DNA of 62,729 nt, counting the filler, from Pirum gemmata (taxonomy: Eukaryota), in assembly GCA_002812295.1 (NCBI GenBank). It is 18 parts of 18 records of this genome, joined end to end, with 100 filler letters (N's around TTAATTAATTAA, not from the genome) between each part and the next. Parts side by side here need not be neighbours in the genome. Positions count along the whole stretch, not along the records: positions 9,457 to 12,548 come from PDIN01003576.1; positions 12,649 to 15,707 come from PDIN01003577.1; positions 15,808 to 18,872 come from PDIN01003578.1; positions 18,973 to 23,370 come from PDIN01003579.1; 14 more parts are not named here. One strand, written 5' to 3'. The notes beneath the pieces are model-generated. The model was not told where the DNA came from and did no database searches. It was given only the letters and a program-made list of their open reading frames with translations. Below are positions 10,432 to 22,277 of the stretch, piece by piece. Made by a program: the position numbers and the translations under genes. Each line of letters opens with the position of its first letter. Positions within the stretch are counted from its first letter, which is position 1.

Positions 10432-12453
10432 TTAAGAATTTAAGTAATAATACCAATCATTACCAGCAGCTCTGAGGAACCAGGTAGTTCTGGGGGGGAA
10501 AATATGTTTTAAAAAACTACCCATCCTACCCACACCTACGTCTACCAAATTTTCAATATCAATATCAGAATCATTTAAATCATCATCATCAGTAGTATTT
10601 GAATCATCATTAATAGTAGTTGAATCATCATTAGTAGTAGTTGAATCATCATCATACTTAAAGGTAGTCAAATTAGGCAAATTTTTCAACCTAGCAATAC
10701 CCACGTTAGTTAAATTATGACAACCAGTTACATTAAGGGTAGTCAAATTAACTAAATGTTGCAACCCATCCACGTTTATCAAATTATTACATTCACTTAA
10801 ATTAAGTGTAGTCAAATTAACCAAATCTTGTAAGCCATCAACGTTAACTAAACAAGCACAACCCTTTAAATTAAGGGCAGTCAAATTAAGTAATTTCTGC
10901 AAACCATCAACATTAGTTATTTTACAACCACTTAAATTAATGTTAGTCAAACTAAACAAATTTTGCAACCCATCCAAGTTAGTTAGATTAGGACAACCAC
11001 CTAAATGAAGGGAAGTCAAATTAACCAGATTTTGCAACCCATGAACACTAGTTAAACTACGACAACTGAAAATAAGGGTAGTCAAATTAACCAAATTTTG
11101 CAAACCCTCCAAATTAGTTAAACTAAGACTAGTTAAAGTAAGGATAGTTAAATTAACTAAATTTTGCAAACCATTCACGTTAGTTATATTATTACAATCA
11201 AATAATTGAAGTGTAGTCAAATTAACCAAATTTTGCAACTCATCCACGTTAGTTAACTCATTACCACTTAAATCAAGGCTAGTTAAATTTACCAAATTTT
11301 GTAACCCTTCGATATGCATATTACTTAAATTACAATTACTTAAATAAAGGGTAGTCAAATTAAGTAAATGTTGCAACCCATTCACGTTTGCTAGACGAGG
11401 GCAAGAAAATAAATTAAGGGTTGTCAAATTAACCAAACGTTGCAACCCATTAATGTTATTTAACCTACGACAACCGCTTAAGTCAAGGGTAGTCAAATTA
11501 ACAAAATTTTGCAAACCTTCGACGTTAGTTAAATTATAACAACAAGTCAAATTAAGGGTAGTCAAATTGATCAAATTCGGTAACTCACTACCGTTAACTA
11601 ATCGATTACAACTTAGAACAAGGGTAGTTAAATTTACCAAATTTTGCAACCCTTGAAAGTCAGTTAAATCACGACAACCTCTTAAATCAAGGGTAGTTAA
11701 ATTAACCAAGTGTTGCAATCCATTTACGTTTGTTAAATTATCCAAATTTTGCAACCCTTGTCCGTTTGATAACTTACCTCGCCCTGCTTTTAAGGTAGTC
11801 AAATTTATCAAAGTTTGCAATCCATCCAAGTTCGTTAAACTATGACAACCACTTAAATCAAGGGTAGTCAAATTAACCAAATGCTGTAACCCATCCACGT
11901 TAGTTAAATTATGACAATTACTTAAATAAAGGGTATTCAAATTAACCAAATTTTGCAACCCATTCACACTAGTTAAACTAAAACAACAATTCAAATTAAG
12001 GGTAGTCAAATTAACCAAATTTTGCAGCTCATTCACGATAGTTAAATCATTACAGCTTAAAGCAAGGCCAGTTAATTTAACCAAATTTTGCAAACCATTC
12101 ACGTTAGTTAAATTATAACAACCACTTAAATCAAGGATGGTCAAATTAGCCAAATTCTGTAATCCATCTACGTTAGTTAGACTAGAACAAGAATGTAAAT
12201 GAAGGATAGACAAATTACGTAAACTTTGCAAGCCATTCACGTTAGTTAAACTACTACAACTTACTCCAAGCGAAGTTAATTTAAATAAATTTTGAAACCC
12301 ATCAAGGTTAGTTACTTTTGCATTAGTGAACAATAAATGTTGCAAATATTTAATAACAATAAATTTCATTCTTTTTTTGCAAAGCATTAAATTAAACACA
12401 TCTTTATTTGATAATTTTGTTCTTTGAACAACCAACTCAAAAACTGCAATCAT
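10432..12453 (-). CDS. Intronless leucine-rich-repeat protein (~23-24 repeats of 22-24 aa) with possible F-box-like N-terminus and acidic tail
   Basis: Consensus LQNLVNLTTLxLxxCxxLTNVxG repeats through the 673-aa ORF. ATG start and TAA stop are inside the contig. No signal peptide. Confidence 0.9.
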   Translation of the reverse strand: MIAVFELVVQRTKLSNKDVFNLMLCKKRMKFIVIKYLQHLLFTNAKVTNLDGFQNLFKLTSLGVSCSSLTNVNGLQSLRNLSILHLHSCSSLTNVDGLQNLANLTILDLSGCYNLTNVNGLQNLVKLTGLALSCNDLTIVNELQNLVNLTTLNLNCCFSLTSVNGLQNLVNLNTLYLSNCHNLTNVDGLQHLVNLTTLDLSGCHSLTNLDGLQTLINLTTLKAGRGKLSNGQGLQNLDNLTNVNGLQHLVNLTTLDLRGCRDLTDFQGLQNLVNLTTLVLSCNRLVNGSELPNLINLTTLNLTCCYNLTNVEGLQNFVNLTTLDLSGCRRLNNINGLQRLVNLTTLNLFSCPRLANVNGLQHLLNLTTLYLSNCNLSNMHIEGLQNLVNLTSLDLSGNELTNVDELQNLVNLTTLQLFDCNNITNVNGLQNLVNLTILTLTSLSLTNLEGLQNLVNLTTLIFSCRSLTSVHGLQNLVNLTSLHLGGCPNLTNLDGLQNLFSLTNINLSGCKITNVDGLQKLLNLTALNLKGCACLVNVDGLQDLVNLTTLNLSECNNLINVDGLQHLVNLTTLNVTGCHNLTNVGIARLKNLPNLTTFKYDDDSTTTNDDSTTINDDSNTTDDDDLNDSDIDIENLVDVGVGRMGSFLKHIFPPRTTWFLRAAGNDWYYYLNS

Positions 12454-12648
12454 CTTTTTTTACTTCTGTGAAATTATTTATTTTTTTTTTTTTTCAAATA
12501 ATAATTATAATATAAAGTTATACAATATATATGTAATTTTTTGATAATNNNNNNNNNNNNNNNNNNNNNNNNNNNNNNNNNNNNNNNNNNNNTTAATTAA
12601 TTAANNNNNNNNNNNNNNNNNNNNNNNNNNNNNNNNNNNNNNNNNNNN

Positions 12649-14197
12649 TCTTTTTATTTTTGTTTCTATTATTATTATTATTATTATTTTGATTATTATC
12701 ATTATTAGTAATGTTATTTATCTTATTAATGTTATTATTTTTATTATTATCATTTTTATCATTATTAGTGTGAGTATTATTAGTATTAATATTATTATTA
12801 TTGCTCTTATTATTATTGCTTTTATTGTTAGTATTGTTATTATTGTTATTTATGTTATTAATGTTATTGTTATTATTGTTTTTATTATAGCTATTGTTAT
12901 TATTATTGTTACTATTATTATTGTTATTAGTATTGTGAGTTGTTTCATTGAATATTGTTTGTAAGTGGGTGGCAAAAATGTCGGTTATTTGTTGTGGTTG
13001 AGTAATAAGTATGTCATTGTGTTTGAGTGTATAATTGGTGATTGCTGTTGTGGTTATGTTTTGTAGTTGGTTGATTTTCTGCCATAATGCTGCATCGGAA
13101 GGCTGTAATAGGTTTAGTTGATGACATTTGTAATTCCATTGAGCTTGTTTATATGCCTTTATTTCCTTTTGGACTTGTCGTTGATATTGCTTGAAGAGTT
13201 TTCTGTCGTCTGGGTGTCTAGTTTGCTGGTGTTTTTTCCGTAGTTTTCTTGTGGTTTTGATTAAGTTTAGTATGTGCTTGGGTAGAATGTACATTTGATG
13301 ATTAGTTGTCTTTTTTGTTGTTGTGGTTGTTGCACTTGTGAGTGCTGTTTGTATTGTGGTTGTCAGATACTGTGTTGCTGCATGGAGTTCGTTTGTTGAA
13401 GTGATGTGGTTGATTGGTGAGTACTGGAGTAATATTTCATGGAATTTTAGCCAATTAATTCGCTTGATTGTAACTTTTGTTTCTTCTAGCGGTAAGTATA
13501 ATCTACTTTTGAATTTTAATATTTGGGCTAAGTGGTCGCTGGTACATTCTGTCAGTAGCTGGAAATCCATCATTTTATGCATTAATGTTGTTGACATGAT
13601 TGCTAAATCCAGTAGGGCGGAGTATGTTTCAGTTCTTGTTGTTTTATAGTAAGTGTGATCGACTGAGTTGGCTAGTTGGAGGTTGTTTTCTTGGATGAAC
13701 TTGGCTAGTGTAGCCCCTGTTGGGTTTGTTTTAGAACTATTCCATCTGGGGTGGTGTCCGTTAAAGTCTCCTATCATGAGCAGTTGTACATTTTTGATTG
13801 TTATTATTTCTTCTAGAAGCTTGTTGTTGATTGAATTTGTAGGGGCGTTATAATAATTGACTATTAAGAGTTTTTTTGATGGTGTTATCGCGTTTGGGAT
13901 GGTGATGGCCACACATTCTGTTTCTTCAGTATGTTTGAAATGGATTTCTTCGTAGACTATTTCTTTGTGGATTAAGATGGCGACTCCTCCCCCTTCTTTG
14001 TTAGTTCGTTCTTTCCGTACAATTTGATAGTTTTTTAGTGCTAATTGACTTGTTTTCTTAAGACGTGTTTCATTTAAGTTGCAGATGTGTATGTTGTATT
14101 TGTGTAGTAAATGTTCTAGTTCTATTTTTCTTTTTTTGATTGAATTTATGTTGTATTGGGCTATATTTAGTTGGGTGGTTGGTTGTTGGTTAATCAT
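12649..14197 (-). CDS. LINE ORF2 N-terminal part: apurinic endonuclease domain, truncated by contig end
   Basis: APE motifs QYNINSI, LNETRL, GGGVAILI, YYNAP, IGDFNGHHPRW, LDLAI and TSDH. The start overlaps the ORF1 stop (ATGATTAA). Confidence 0.9.
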
Positions 14198-15593
14198 TGT
14201 TTAATTTTAAATTGGCTTGTACTGCATATAATAATTCTGTTATAGTTTTAAATTTAACTTCAAAATTGTTTGTTTGTTTTGTTTGGTCCTCTCTGATTTT
14301 TTGGAGTACGGAATCCATATGATCATTTTGTTCTTTTTGGCTTTGCTGTGCTTTTTCTAGAGCATCATTTCGCTGCTGTTGAGTTTCTTGGGCTCTTTCT
14401 AATGTTGAGAGTTTTTCTTCAATTTTTTCTAATGTTGAGAATTTTTTTTCAATTTTGTGGTACCAGTTTTGTGTTGTTGCATCATCTTCATCCATTTGTG
14501 GTGCATCTTCATCCATTTGTGGTGGTTGTACTTTCATGCTATTTACCTGTATTTGTAATTGGTTGATTTGTTCTTCCATCTTTTTGAGAGTTTGTTCCAT
14601 TTGTTTTTCTGTTGTTGTTGCTGTGGCAACATGGGCGTAGGTTTTGTGGTGTGTAGTTGTTTTTGTTGGTGGGGTTGGCATATCGTTGATGATATTGGTT
14701 TTTCGTTCTTGGGCTCTAGCTTGACCCTGGTCTCGTGCTTGTTGGATGTGTGGGCATTGTGATGAACATGATACATGGTCTCCTTCGCAGTTTGCGCATT
14801 TCTCTGTGCCTTTACAATTTTCTTTGTCAGTATGATGGTGATTACCTGCACATACAAGGCATTTAATATCCTTTTTACAGTTGTGTGCGGTGTGTCCAAT
14901 TTCTTGGCATCGATAACACTGTAGATATCGATCATTTAAATGTATATTAATTATTTGGAAACCAATTTTTAGGCCATTTTTTAATAGATTTTTTCTTTGT
15001 TCTTCGTTTTCAAATTTAATGTGCACTTTTTTTGTTGGTAACCTTTCTTTTCCTCTTGTGATTCTAGTGAAGGTGACGTTGTTTTTTTGGGCTATTTCTT
15101 TATATATGCGGTCGTCCAAGTTTACTGCCTCTGAAAGGTACATAAAACCTGAAATTGGTTTTGGAGTTGCCGTGTTTGTTACTTTTATGATGCCGTTTGA
15201 AAAAGCGTCTGTTGGCCATTGGAGAAGATTTGTATGAGTTTGTTTGTCATCAGTGATAATTTTAATGACATTTCCGAACGATAATTGATTTTTTATATTG
15301 CTGCTTAGTGTTGGAAAATGTTTAACAACTTCATTATAAATCAAGCCTGGTTGATTTACATATTTTTCTGTAGCTTCAGGGTTTAATTCTATTTTTACCG
15401 GTGAGAGTTTCCTGTCATTAGTCTCGGTATCAGAGTCATGTAGCTGGGCTCGTTTACTGGTAGTGTTGTTTTCGGGCTGAGGCTGGGATCTCTTTTGGCC
15501 GCCATTGGGCGCAGTTTCCTGGGTCATGGCCGTTTTTTCGCTCCCTGCTTTGAGGGGTGGGGTTGACGTTGAGTAAGGGGGGGCTATGCCCAT
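14190..15593 (-). CDS. LINE ORF1 gag-like nucleic-acid-binding protein
   Basis: QCYRCQEIGHTAHNC (CX2CX4HX4C), CLVCAGNH...C and CANCEGDHVSCSSQC, then a coiled-coil-like C-terminus. First ATG is at 15593; the track's TTG start at 15683 is unlikely. Confidence 0.88.
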   Translation of the reverse strand: MGIAPPYSTSTPPLKAGSEKTAMTQETAPNGGQKRSQPQPENNTTSKRAQLHDSDTETNDRKLSPVKIELNPEATEKYVNQPGLIYNEVVKHFPTLSSNIKNQLSFGNVIKIITDDKQTHTNLLQWPTDAFSNGIIKVTNTATPKPISGFMYLSEAVNLDDRIYKEIAQKNNVTFTRITRGKERLPTKKVHIKFENEEQRKNLLKNGLKIGFQIINIHLNDRYLQCYRCQEIGHTAHNCKKDIKCLVCAGNHHHTDKENCKGTEKCANCEGDHVSCSSQCPHIQQARDQGQARAQERKTNIINDMPTPPTKTTTHHKTYAHVATATTTEKQMEQTLKKMEEQINQLQIQVNSMKVQPPQMDEDAPQMDEDDATTQNWYHKIEKKFSTLEKIEEKLSTLERAQETQQQRNDALEKAQQSQKEQNDHMDSVLQKIREDQTKQTNNFEVKFKTITELLYAVQANLKLNND

Positions 15594-16187
15594 GTGGGTG
15601 GGGATTGTGGCAGGTGGTGAAAGTTTGATATTTAGGATAGTGTATATATTTTTTTTTTTATTTTTTTTATTTTTTATAAGCAATACAATATATATAATAA
15701 AGGTTACNNNNNNNNNNNNNNNNNNNNNNNNNNNNNNNNNNNNNNNNNNNNTTAATTAATTAANNNNNNNNNNNNNNNNNNNNNNNNNNNNNNNNNNNNN
15801 NNNNNNNTGTTATTGCTATTGTTATTGTTATTGTTATTATTATTATTAATTATTATTATTATTAATTATTGCTAATGTGTGTTTTTTAATTATTATTTAA
15901 TTAGTCATTTACTAATTAATTATCAATTATTTATTCATTTATTCATTTACTTATTATTTATTTAGTATTTCGTACATTTTATTTGTTTATTTGTTTATTT
16001 GTTTATTTTTCTTACTTATTTATTATTATTTAGTATTCTATCAAACATTTATTTATTTGTTTGTTTGTTTGTTTAGGATTGTATCAACCCATTTTATTTG
16101 TTTATCTGTTTATTTTGTTTATTTTGTTTAATTAAAATTAGGTTTTTTTTAGTTTACTTACTTAATTCTTTTCTATATATTTAACAG

Positions 16188-18283
16188 AAAGTTTTACAAT
16201 ATCTGACGGTGCATTTGGAAGTGGTAGTAGTGATATACTAAACAATATAGAAAGCCAATATTACAATAACCATAACGAGGAAAACAATACTAACAACAAC
16301 AACAATAATAATAGCAACATGCGTTCAAAAGCCAATACTGCTGGTGACATTAGTTATCAAATTTTCTTATCTAAAAAATACAGAGTCGTACGTCAGTTGT
16401 TCAAATTAACTTTGCTTGGTCTTTTAGTTTCATTTTTGACACTGCATTTCGGAGAAACTATATTATCTACTGGTAGACATTCTACGCCACAAAAACCACC
16501 TCAATTTCAATGGTTTGAAGATCAAAATGTCACTTTATTAAATGGCTATAGAGCAGCAGAACAATATGCATATAGCGTATCTTACGCTAATCAAACTGTA
16601 GTAGACAATTTATTGAAATATAGTTTGAAAGATGAAGATAATTTTTTAATGATATACGCACATTATGTTAAAGGTATTAAACATTATCTATTTAATAATT
16701 TTACTCGGGATTGGCCTGGGCTTGTGGCTTTGACACAAGGTGGTTTTACACTATTGAAGCAAACTGTTCCACCTAATACTGTTGTTAACAAAGTTGCTAC
16801 TGGTTCGTCATATTTAAATAGTACGTTGTATTTCTTTGCAAACGAAACTAGACAAGAAGAATTTTCTAGAATTAATGAAGCTGGTAAAGAATTTTTCAAC
16901 AAAAACGAAAAATACATAACATCATTTTTTAACTTTGTGCTTGAACATATTGGTAGCGCTTGTAGTTACGTTTTGGAAATAGTATCAAATAGTGAGTTTT
17001 TAGAATCTGCAGTTGTTTTGTTAGGATCTGTAGCTGAAAGTATTTACAATAACTCTGAACAAATTGCCAAACTTCTCAAGCAACTTTGGGATATGTTTCC
17101 TCACGTTAACACTGTAGTTCCAGCTATGCAAGAACTGAAAAACGCTGCTCCAGACTTTATCAACAATATGACTCCTATTATCAGTGATGTTGTTGGTCAC
17201 TTCATGAACTCCACTAACAATGTAACTGAAACTGTTGTTAGAACAGCTAGAGACACTACTGCTTATGTTTACAGTTTTGGGGACATTTTTTTAAAAGAAA
17301 TGGAAGACAGTGGCTACAATCACAATCTTGTTTATAGTTTCGGTAGGACTTTAGCAAATGGGGTAACTTTGAAAACTTTTACTAGCTTGAATATTACGAA
17401 CACTTTGAGAAAAACCGTTAAAATTACAAAAAATATGTATAATGTCAACATAACTGAAGCTGAAATGGAAGCTACTTCGTATTTTGATACTCACTACAAA
17501 AAGAAAGATAGTTCTTTAATGAATATCTACAAGTACGGTGCAAAATTTGGAATAGCAACAGGTTTACAATTTCTTGATTTTTGGATGGGGTGTAGGGGCT
17601 CTTTTTCAGCCGAGACTCGCCACTCTGTTGAAGGACGTATGTCGAAATTTATGATTAGATATCTAAAGCAAAACAATATCAATGTTAAGAGCATGGTAGA
17701 ACAGCAGATTGACAATCTTGGTGTAATTGAAAAATTAGCTACGAAAGGTGCCTTAAAAGCCACTTTGAGCGATATCTTGACTGCTTTTGGGAATTATGAT
17801 GAAACTGCTCTCGTTCAATTATTTGATAGAGTGGGCACTTTAAATGGCGTTCTATCTGTTTTAAAAAATGTTATCCAACAGATAATGGTTCTGTTTTTTG
17901 ATACGTACGTTTTTTTTTTTTTTTTAATTTTAATTTCTATTTTATTTTTAATTTTATTTTTATTTTATTTCATTTTAATTATATTTTATGTTATTTTAAT
18001 TTCTATTTCTATTCCATTTTATTTTAATTCCTTTTTTTTAAAAAAAATTAATTACTATTTTTTTTTTATCAATGTATTCGTCTGCGTATTGTTTTTTTAT
18101 TAATGTGGCTATTGTTTGTTTCCACTTTATTTATTTATTATTATTTTTGCATTTATTAATTCTAACAGGTACAAGGATCCATTCTTTACTACAAGCCGCA
18201 CAGTTTATGGGAAATCGAATATAATCACAACCTACTCCGATGCTATTTATCGTGGATTTGAAGACGAATTGATAAAGGCTTAA
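16188..18283 (+). CDS. Uncharacterised type II membrane glycoprotein; exons 16188..17904 and 18169..18283, possibly 5' incomplete
   Basis: Candidate acceptor TTAACAG at 16187 with an open frame into the 16319 ATG. Donor GTACGT at 17905 and acceptor CTAACAG at 18168 give in-frame T|YKDPFF...ELIKA*. One N-terminal TM segment and about 11 N-x-S/T sequons. Confidence 0.75.
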
Positions 18284-19732
18284 GGATGTATGTGTTAAAT
18301 TGTGTTAGGAAATTTTTCTAAATATAAAACCACATCCATCGGAAAGTTCGGTTAGTAATTAATAACAGTGGTTAACTAAAAATTTATTTTTATTAAATTG
18401 TTAGTTTTCATTTATACAGTAAGTGGCATTTAGGCCACTCTAATAATTAGCAACAGCACAATATATAAGGAGAGGGGGAAGTATTTAATTAAAAAAAAAA
18501 AAAAAAAACAGTAATAAAAAAAGTAAACGATTATCAAGTAAAAATTATAAAATTTTAAAAAGAAAGTTAAAATAAAATAAAAACTTATCGTGACCAGTAC
18601 CTTTGTTAATAAAAGTTATAAAATTACAAAAAAATAAAATAAAACTTTACATTTGTTATTTATTTATTCTTTTGTTTATTCATTTATTGCTATACTTAAG
18701 TAGTTTTTTTTTTATTAAATTTATTTACTGCTATTGCTTTTGGTTGTAAAATTTATTTATTTATTTACTATTATATTGACTCAATAGTACCTTTTATTTA
18801 TTTATTTATTATTTGTTTATTTATTAATGTAGATTAAATTAATTCTATAAAATAATACTAATACTAATAATANNNNNNNNNNNNNNNNNNNNNNNNNNNN
18901 NNNNNNNNNNNNNNNNTTAATTAATTAANNNNNNNNNNNNNNNNNNNNNNNNNNNNNNNNNNNNNNNNNNNNTATAATTATATAATATTTATATTTTGTT
19001 GTTATTGCTATAAATATAATAAATAAATGTTATTGTTATCAATATTACTGTTCTATTTAATAATATCATCATAATTATAAAAGTAGTAGTGTACATGCGA
19101 CATGTACACGTGTCTAGCTAGTCTATGTAAGAGGCTGTGGGCAGGGTTAGGGTTAGGGTTAGGGTTGGTTATTAGTTAGTCTAGGGTTAGGGTTAGGGAC
19201 TTAGGGTTAGGGTTAGGGTTAGGGTTATAAACTAGGCAAAAACAAAAAAAAAAAGAAAGGTGTGAGGATCTACAGACTTCTACATATCATAGTCAGCTGA
19301 TCATAGTACCACTTGCTTAGGAACCCCCTAGCTAGTAGAGGGCCCCTGCTACTATCGATAATATCATACTAGAGTCATACTAGTCTACTACTAGCCTAGA
19401 TAGTCTACATCATCAAACAAATCGAATACACTCAAATATGCATATGGGACCCAAAAAGTATACCCTATTTTAATTAAACATATCTGATATATAAAAGACT
19501 TATATAAGATAAAAGTAGATAAACTTTTTTTTTTTTTTTTACCCGCCTTAGTAATACTAATACGGGGACTAATACCTCTAACTAAATCTAGAACTCTAGC
19601 TAGCTAGAGTACTAGTGATACAGACTACAGTACAGGCTCATACAGCAGTTGATTCAAACATAGACTCAAAAAAAAGTCTAATAATATTTATAATATTAAT
19701 TATTATAACTATCTATCCGATATATATAATAC

Positions 19733-19870
19733 GGGAACACTTATTCTTTAATAGAAGTCAATGCTCGAAAGTGTGACTTAAACTGTTTTAGGCAGTAATT
19801 AATTATTTTAAAATGAACTTTAAAATTATGACCAAAAGTGTTTTGGACAAAAAGGCATAGGTAAGATGAA
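19733..19870 (+). mobile_element. Internal portion of MITE family F (see 60838-61013)
   Basis: About 125 nt nearly identical to 60862-60987 (ATAGAAGTCA...GAAAGTGTGAC...GACCAAAAGTGTTTTGGACAAA). Confidence 0.75.
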
Positions 19871-20534
19871 GCCCTATCATATTATTATAACATCACAGAA
19901 TAACATCATGTTTTTCAATAGTGTTGTCCAGTTCAAAAACTGAAATAAACGTAGTCTTATATATGTTGTATTTTATATAACAAGTTCAATTACCAGTATA
20001 CACTTAAACAGTACCAAATTAAAAATTGAGAGAACAACTGTAATGAAATAGGCGATAAACCCGGTACGTCTACATTTAAATCTATATCAGATATATATGT
20101 ATAATATTATGCACATCATAATGATGTATAATTGGTTAATTATGCATCATAACAGCATTATCATGGTTTTATCTAGATGATATTATTGTGCACGTACTTT
20201 TCAGTTATTTTATTACAATTATTAGTTCTAAATTAGTACTATATTAAATCTATTTGAAACAATTTAATTAATATTGTATGTTTAATATTTATATTTTTTA
20301 AAACTTACTTTTTAAAATAACCACTTTTATAAGTTTGAAAGTACCATATAAATAATCAAATAGACAGCAACAACAAAAAAAAATGAAAAATAGGATAGAC
20401 TCTAGAATCTAAACTAAGCTAAGCTACTACTAGAACAGCAGTAGAGCTAGCTAGCTAGCAATAGCTAGTAAGAGTAGACGTTTATGATATTAGAAACTAT
20501 CGATATCATATACTAACCCTGACCCTAAAACTCT

Positions 20535-20575
<41 letters not shown>

Positions 20576-20951
20576 CCCTAACCCTAACCCTAACCCTAAC
20601 CCTAACCCTAACCCTAACCCTAACCCTAACCCTAAACNNNNNNNNNNNNNNNNNNNNNNNCCTAAACCTACCCTAACCCTAACCCTAACCCTAACCCTAA
20701 TCCTAACCCTAACCCTAACCCTAACCCTAACCCTAACCCTAACCCTAACCCTGACCCTAACTTAGCTAGCTTGATAGAAATTATTTCAGGCCTGTAGCCT
20801 GTAGCATGTAGCTTCTCTCTGGAGAGACCCTTTTGAATTTTGATGACTTTTTGATGTAATAATAATTTATAAAAATTTAAAATTTATAAATAACATAATT
20901 AATATAATATAAATGCAGTAATAATATTAATACAACGCCTTTATAACAGCG

Positions 20952-21011
<60 letters not shown>

Positions 21012-22277
21012 CATGTACATTTACAACAACTACTACAACAACAACAATACTAATATTATAAATTAATAACAATAATAATAATAATAATATCATCAACTAC
21101 AACTACATAACGCAAACATAATACCACCCACCACCGAGGCGGCACCAACACGGTGGCAACACCCCCTACCTCTGTATTATTATTATTATATTATTATTTA
21201 AAATAATAATAAAATAAAATGTTATAAGTTATGATATAACTACTATAATACCTAGCTAGGCTATAATAATATAATATGATATGATATGGATTAGGGTTAG
21301 GGTTAGGTTAGAGTTAGGGTTAGACTATATTAGACTATTATCAATAGCAACAAAAAAACAACAATGAAAATAGACTTTAGAATCTTTAGAGTAATTATAT
21401 TGGTAGTCTAAAGACTCTGAGAACAGTGAGAAAAAGATCAAAAGTAATTTCACCTCCAACCAAAAAATAGCGCAAAAGACGCGCAAATATGCGCATATTG
21501 TAGATTGGTATTATTTGTTCAAATTTGAGAAACTGCTTAGAACTTTTTCTACTTTTTAGAAACTGTTTAGAACTTTTTCTACTTTTTATTATCAATTTAC
21601 CAAATTTGCGCAGGTTTTGTTTCTAGCTTTATGATCACTCGCTGGGGTGGCATTATTTCCTTATTTGTATAAAACTGATGGGCGAAAATATGCGGAAAAA
21701 TAATGTGGAAAATGACTTGGAAATGCCTTTTTTAGCCTTTTTTAATGTATTTTGGGGCTAGTATTTTGGGGCCTGTAATAGGCCTGTAATACGATCCTGT
21801 GTACTTATTTTGTGTAAAAGAAAGAATCAAAATCTCCGTATTTTCGCACATTTCTAATACGGGTAACTTCTTTATCCCAGAATCTATCAAAAAAGATAAT
21901 TGGCTCTTCGATCTAAAGTCTTGATTTTCATTCAATCNNNNNNNNNNNNNNNNNNNNNNNNNNNNNNNNNNNNNNNNNNNNNNNNNNNNNNNNNNNNNNN
22001 NNNNNNNNNNNNNNNNNNNNNNNNNNNNNNNNNNNNNNNNNNNNNNNNNNNNNNNNNNNNNNNNNNNNNNNNNNNNNNNNNNNNNNNNNNNNNNNNNNNN
22101 NNNNNNNNNNNNNNNNNNNNNNNNNNNNNNNNNNNNNNNNNGCTAATGCCAACGCTCATGCTAACCCTCATGCTAATGCTAATGCTAATGCTATTGCTAA
22201 CCCTAACACTAACCCTAACCCCCACTCTACCTCCTAACCTTAACCGGAAAATAACCCTTATTAATTAATTTTCTTAC

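Larger units (their letters stand above)
12649..15707 (-). mobile_element. Non-LTR retrotransposon (LINE, Jockey/I-like organisation), 5' half
   Basis: ORF1 with three CCHC-type knuckles followed by ORF2 with an APE endonuclease. The contig ends before the RT domain. Confidence 0.92.

Noticed and set aside
17905..18103. Hydrophobic multi-TM C-terminus of the 594-aa ORF
   Set aside because: Read-through into a T-rich GT-AG intron; the spliced exon at 18169 gives a normal C-terminus.
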